From Macrostomum lignano (Eukaryota), in assembly GCA_002269645.1 (NCBI GenBank), contig NIVC01001296.1, positions 62,001 to 126,000 of the forward strand: a stretch of 64,000 nt of DNA. Reading direction: 5' to 3'. Under the pieces are notes generated by a model. The model did no database searches. It had not been told where the DNA came from and saw only the letters and a list, made by a program, of their open reading frames with translations. Both the position numbers and the translations under genes were made by a program. Positions 61,282 through 64,000 of the stretch are shown piece by piece. Each line of letters begins with the position of its first letter. The stretch's first letter is position 1.

Positions 61282-62485
61282 TATAGCAAGTAAACTCAGA
61301 CTGTTAGCACAAGGTCGAAAATAATATGGCTCTTACAAGAGCCAGCAACCAGGGAATATATATTTTGGGTATAGCACCCCTCCAAGTTATATTGATTGGG
61401 CGTGGCTCGATATACATAAGTAAAATACACATGCAACCCCAATTCACATCTCTCCTCTTTTCACAGAAATGACTTGCAATTTGGCACTCAAAAAACAAGT
61501 AATAGAAAAATAAAAATGCAAATATTAGATACTAAAAGTTGAAATATTGATGTCACAAAAGTAGATTTAAAAAAATTGACAGTTTACAAATATTGACAGT
61601 TGATAGATATTGACTATTCAAATCACTTGTACTGCACTTTGTTGCACATGGATATGGTTGCATTGCTAGCAGCCCCTGGAGTCTGGATCTCCAGGAAGGG
61701 TGCCAGTCATTGTCACTAGTAAAGCATCTGAGATCAGATCCAAGATGACCAGCTTGATGGCTATGCAATGACATCAACAGGAAGCGCCATTGCGGTGCAG
61801 CTTCAAGGAGTTTCTAGACATTCGTTTGACTTTCCAAGCACCATTCTCAAATGGCATCAAACCTTCTAAGCTCCAATGCGATGCTGCAGCATGTCATTGC
61901 CAAGAGAGTCTTGCAGCTATCCAAAGTTGTAGGCATTGGCTGCTTTACGCAGCCGCTAGTGCCACCTGTCCACTAACTCTTCTGCCTGCTGTCAACGGGT
62001 CTCAAATTTGAAGGGGAGGAAGACAATATTGTTCCTTCTGTCCTAGTGTTGCTGGATGTTTTTCACAAGGTCCTTGTGACCCTCACCTGCTACAATCTGG
62101 TTTTCTTCAACTATATTCTGCAGTTCTTTTCCATATAAAGAAGCAGCTGCTACACCCATTTCTCATAAAAAATTCTGGCTGCTGCAATGTAGGTCTCAAA
62201 CCTGTGAGCCCAAGCTGCCCAATGCTGCGCAGTGGTGTGAGTGTAGCTGTCTATTGCAAACGGGCTAGGTGGCATTAGTGATATTTGCTGCCATGCTGCT
62301 TATTAGTTTGTGGCTTGCAAGGCCATTGTAGTGAGTAAACTCAGATGGTTAGCATGAGGTAAAAAATAGTATGGCTCTCACACGAGCCCACAACCAGTGA
62401 ATATATATTTGGGGTGCAGCACCCCTCCGATTCATATTGTGGCCTAATGTATATAAGTAAGGTACACATGCAACCCCAACTCACA
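61282..62485 (-). mobile_element. Decayed 1.2-kb LTR element with short LTRs and only a Gypsy-like gag remnant (TRIM/TR-GAG-like)
   Basis: LTRs 62327-62485 and 61282-61448; PBS-like TGGCCTTGCAAGCC; PPT AAAAGAGGAGAGA; flanks ATGTC/AGGTC (4 of 5 match). Stop-riddled gag: PPSPFAIDS..AQHWAAWAHRFETYI, FKFETR*QQAEELVDRWH*RLRKAANAYNFG*LQD. Confidence 0.75.
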
Positions 62486-63477
62486 AGGTCCTTAATTGTC
62501 ACAATGCAAAAAAGGTCCTTTATTGTCATAATGATTTTTTGATAATCTGGCATATAGATCACAAGTAAATTTGTTTTTCTGGTATACATTTAAATTTATA
62601 GTGTAGGGGGTCATTTTTTCTAGCATATTGTATAACAGATTTGAGAGTATGGTGATATCTTAGCAATTCTTCCCATGAATCTTTATATCTTATCTTAGCA
62701 ATTCCCTAACAAATATTTATATAAATTTGACAAAGCAATTCTTTTATATCCATATACCAAAAATGTCTGTTGGCAGGTATGTGTATGATCAATTTAAGAA
62801 AAATAGTTTTACTGGAACCCTAACCCTATTAAAAACCATAGCATATTAGCCCTTCTTTTATAAGCCACAACATTTTTACAATGTAAAATTTAGGCCTTAT
62901 GAAAGTGCAACTAATAGGTTTATCCATTAAACTGATAGGTTTAACTTAGAATTTGAAACTTGACAATTAAAATCTACTTTTTCAATTTTAAATGAATGTT
63001 ATTTATCATACAGCCAAAACTCCCGATTAATTAGATGATAAGGCATTTAGCCCTTATAATACAGTTATAGTTACTTCTGCCATTTACCTATTTTAATGTT
63101 AATTTTGCTTAGGTTTTTAGGTAAGTCGCATTTTTGGCTAAAAAGTGTTGCACAGCCGGTGTTAATCTGGGGTTGCGCATGTATGGTATTTATGGTACAA
63201 TTTTAGCATGTGCTCTTCACTATATGGCAAAGAAAATGTCTGTTTTGTATACCATAAATAATCTTGCATTTGGCTTTTGGATGGCCATGATAGTCAGGCT
63301 AAAATAGAATTAAATTGAGGGAATTCCCGAATGCCACACAGCTTTAAGGAAGTCTCAGCCATAGACTATTCACTCAATCTTTCTTCATCTATGCTTTTGA
63401 GTTCTTCATCCCGCAGTGGAACAGAGAAATCAGTTGGAATTTAGCGAATTAAAACAAAAACACACTGCAGCTGCGCA

Positions 63478-64000
63478 ATGTCGGACAAGTGCTGCTATTT
63501 AGTGGAGTTCGATTACAAAGCCGACCAGGAGGACGAGCTCTCCATAGTCAAAGGCGAGCTGCTGTACGACGCCGAGCCGGAGGAGGACGGCTGGCTTCGC
63601 GGCCGGAACTCGGCGGGCAGGCGCGGCCTGTTCCCTGACAATTTTGTTAAGCCGTGCCGCCTGGCCACCCTGCGCCGGGTTGACCCGAAGCTGCGCGCCT
63701 CCGGCTTGGAGGCCAACTCGGCTGTCTATGCGATGGAGCCGCTGCCAGCTGCCGGATCCGCCGCTGTGGCGACCGTCTACGTGCCCAAGCTGGCCGCCAA
63801 GTTCCCCGTCCCGCTGGCCTATCTGGACATTGACGGCGGGGGTGGCCAGCCGCCGCACGAGCAGCAGCAGCTGCCGCCGCGCCCCCTGCCCGGGATGGCG
63901 CCCACCAGCGCAGTCAGGCAGCACCAGCCGAAGCCTGCGCAGTCGGCGACTGCTGGCAGTTCAGCATCGGCCTCGCTGTCTGATAAGGCCAAGCTGCAGA
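63478..64000 (+). CDS. N-terminus of an SH3-domain adaptor protein, CD2AP/SH3KBP1(CIN85)/Cindr-like; runs off the window
   Basis: Frame open from ATG 63478 to the window end: MSDKCYLVEFDYKADQEDELSIVKGELLYDAEPEEDGWLRGRNSAGRRGLFPDNFVK, resembling CIN85 SH3-A (VEFDY..DEL..GW..G..GRRGLFPDNFV), then a Pro/Gln-rich region. Missing from the ORF track because it has no stop. Confidence 0.85.
   Translation, partial: MSDKCCYLVEFDYKADQEDELSIVKGELLYDAEPEEDGWLRGRNSAGRRGLFPDNFVKPCRLATLRRVDPKLRASGLEANSAVYAMEPLPAAGSAAVATVYVPKLAAKFPVPLAYLDIDGGGGQPPHEQQQLPPRPLPGMAPTSAVRQHQPKPAQSATAGSSASASLSDKAKLQ

Overview
Repeat-rich animal genomic DNA with spliceosomal introns, GC-rich exons and AT-rich intergenic DNA. The style resembles the flatworm Macrostomum lignano, but that is an inference and was not tested. 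Host genes reconstructed by hand from splice sites and reading phase: the terminal exon of cystathionine beta-synthase (+, 4218-4309); a complete 8-exon CFAP57/WDR65 (-, 5473-10497, about 1221 aa); a doublesex/mab-3 (DMRT) family gene with two tandem DM domains (-, 13783 to about 16740, 5' end unresolved); a 4-exon apolipoprotein L-like gene apparently fused to an unassigned C-terminal domain with ILSHGG and VACC motifs (+, 31024-35134, about 608 aa); and the start of a CD2AP/SH3KBP1-like SH3 protein (+, 63478 to window end). Mobile DNA includes the 3' half of an intact Ty3/Gypsy element, a 14-kb head-to-tail chain of six Helitron-like non-autonomous units (39882-53881) carrying nested hAT-type MITEs, an RTE LINE inserted into an older RTE, a Mutator-like long-TIR element, a decayed gag-only short-LTR element, tRNA-derived SINEs and TIR MITEs. 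More than 15 distinct mini/microsatellite arrays explain most of the long low-complexity ORFs in the ORF track.
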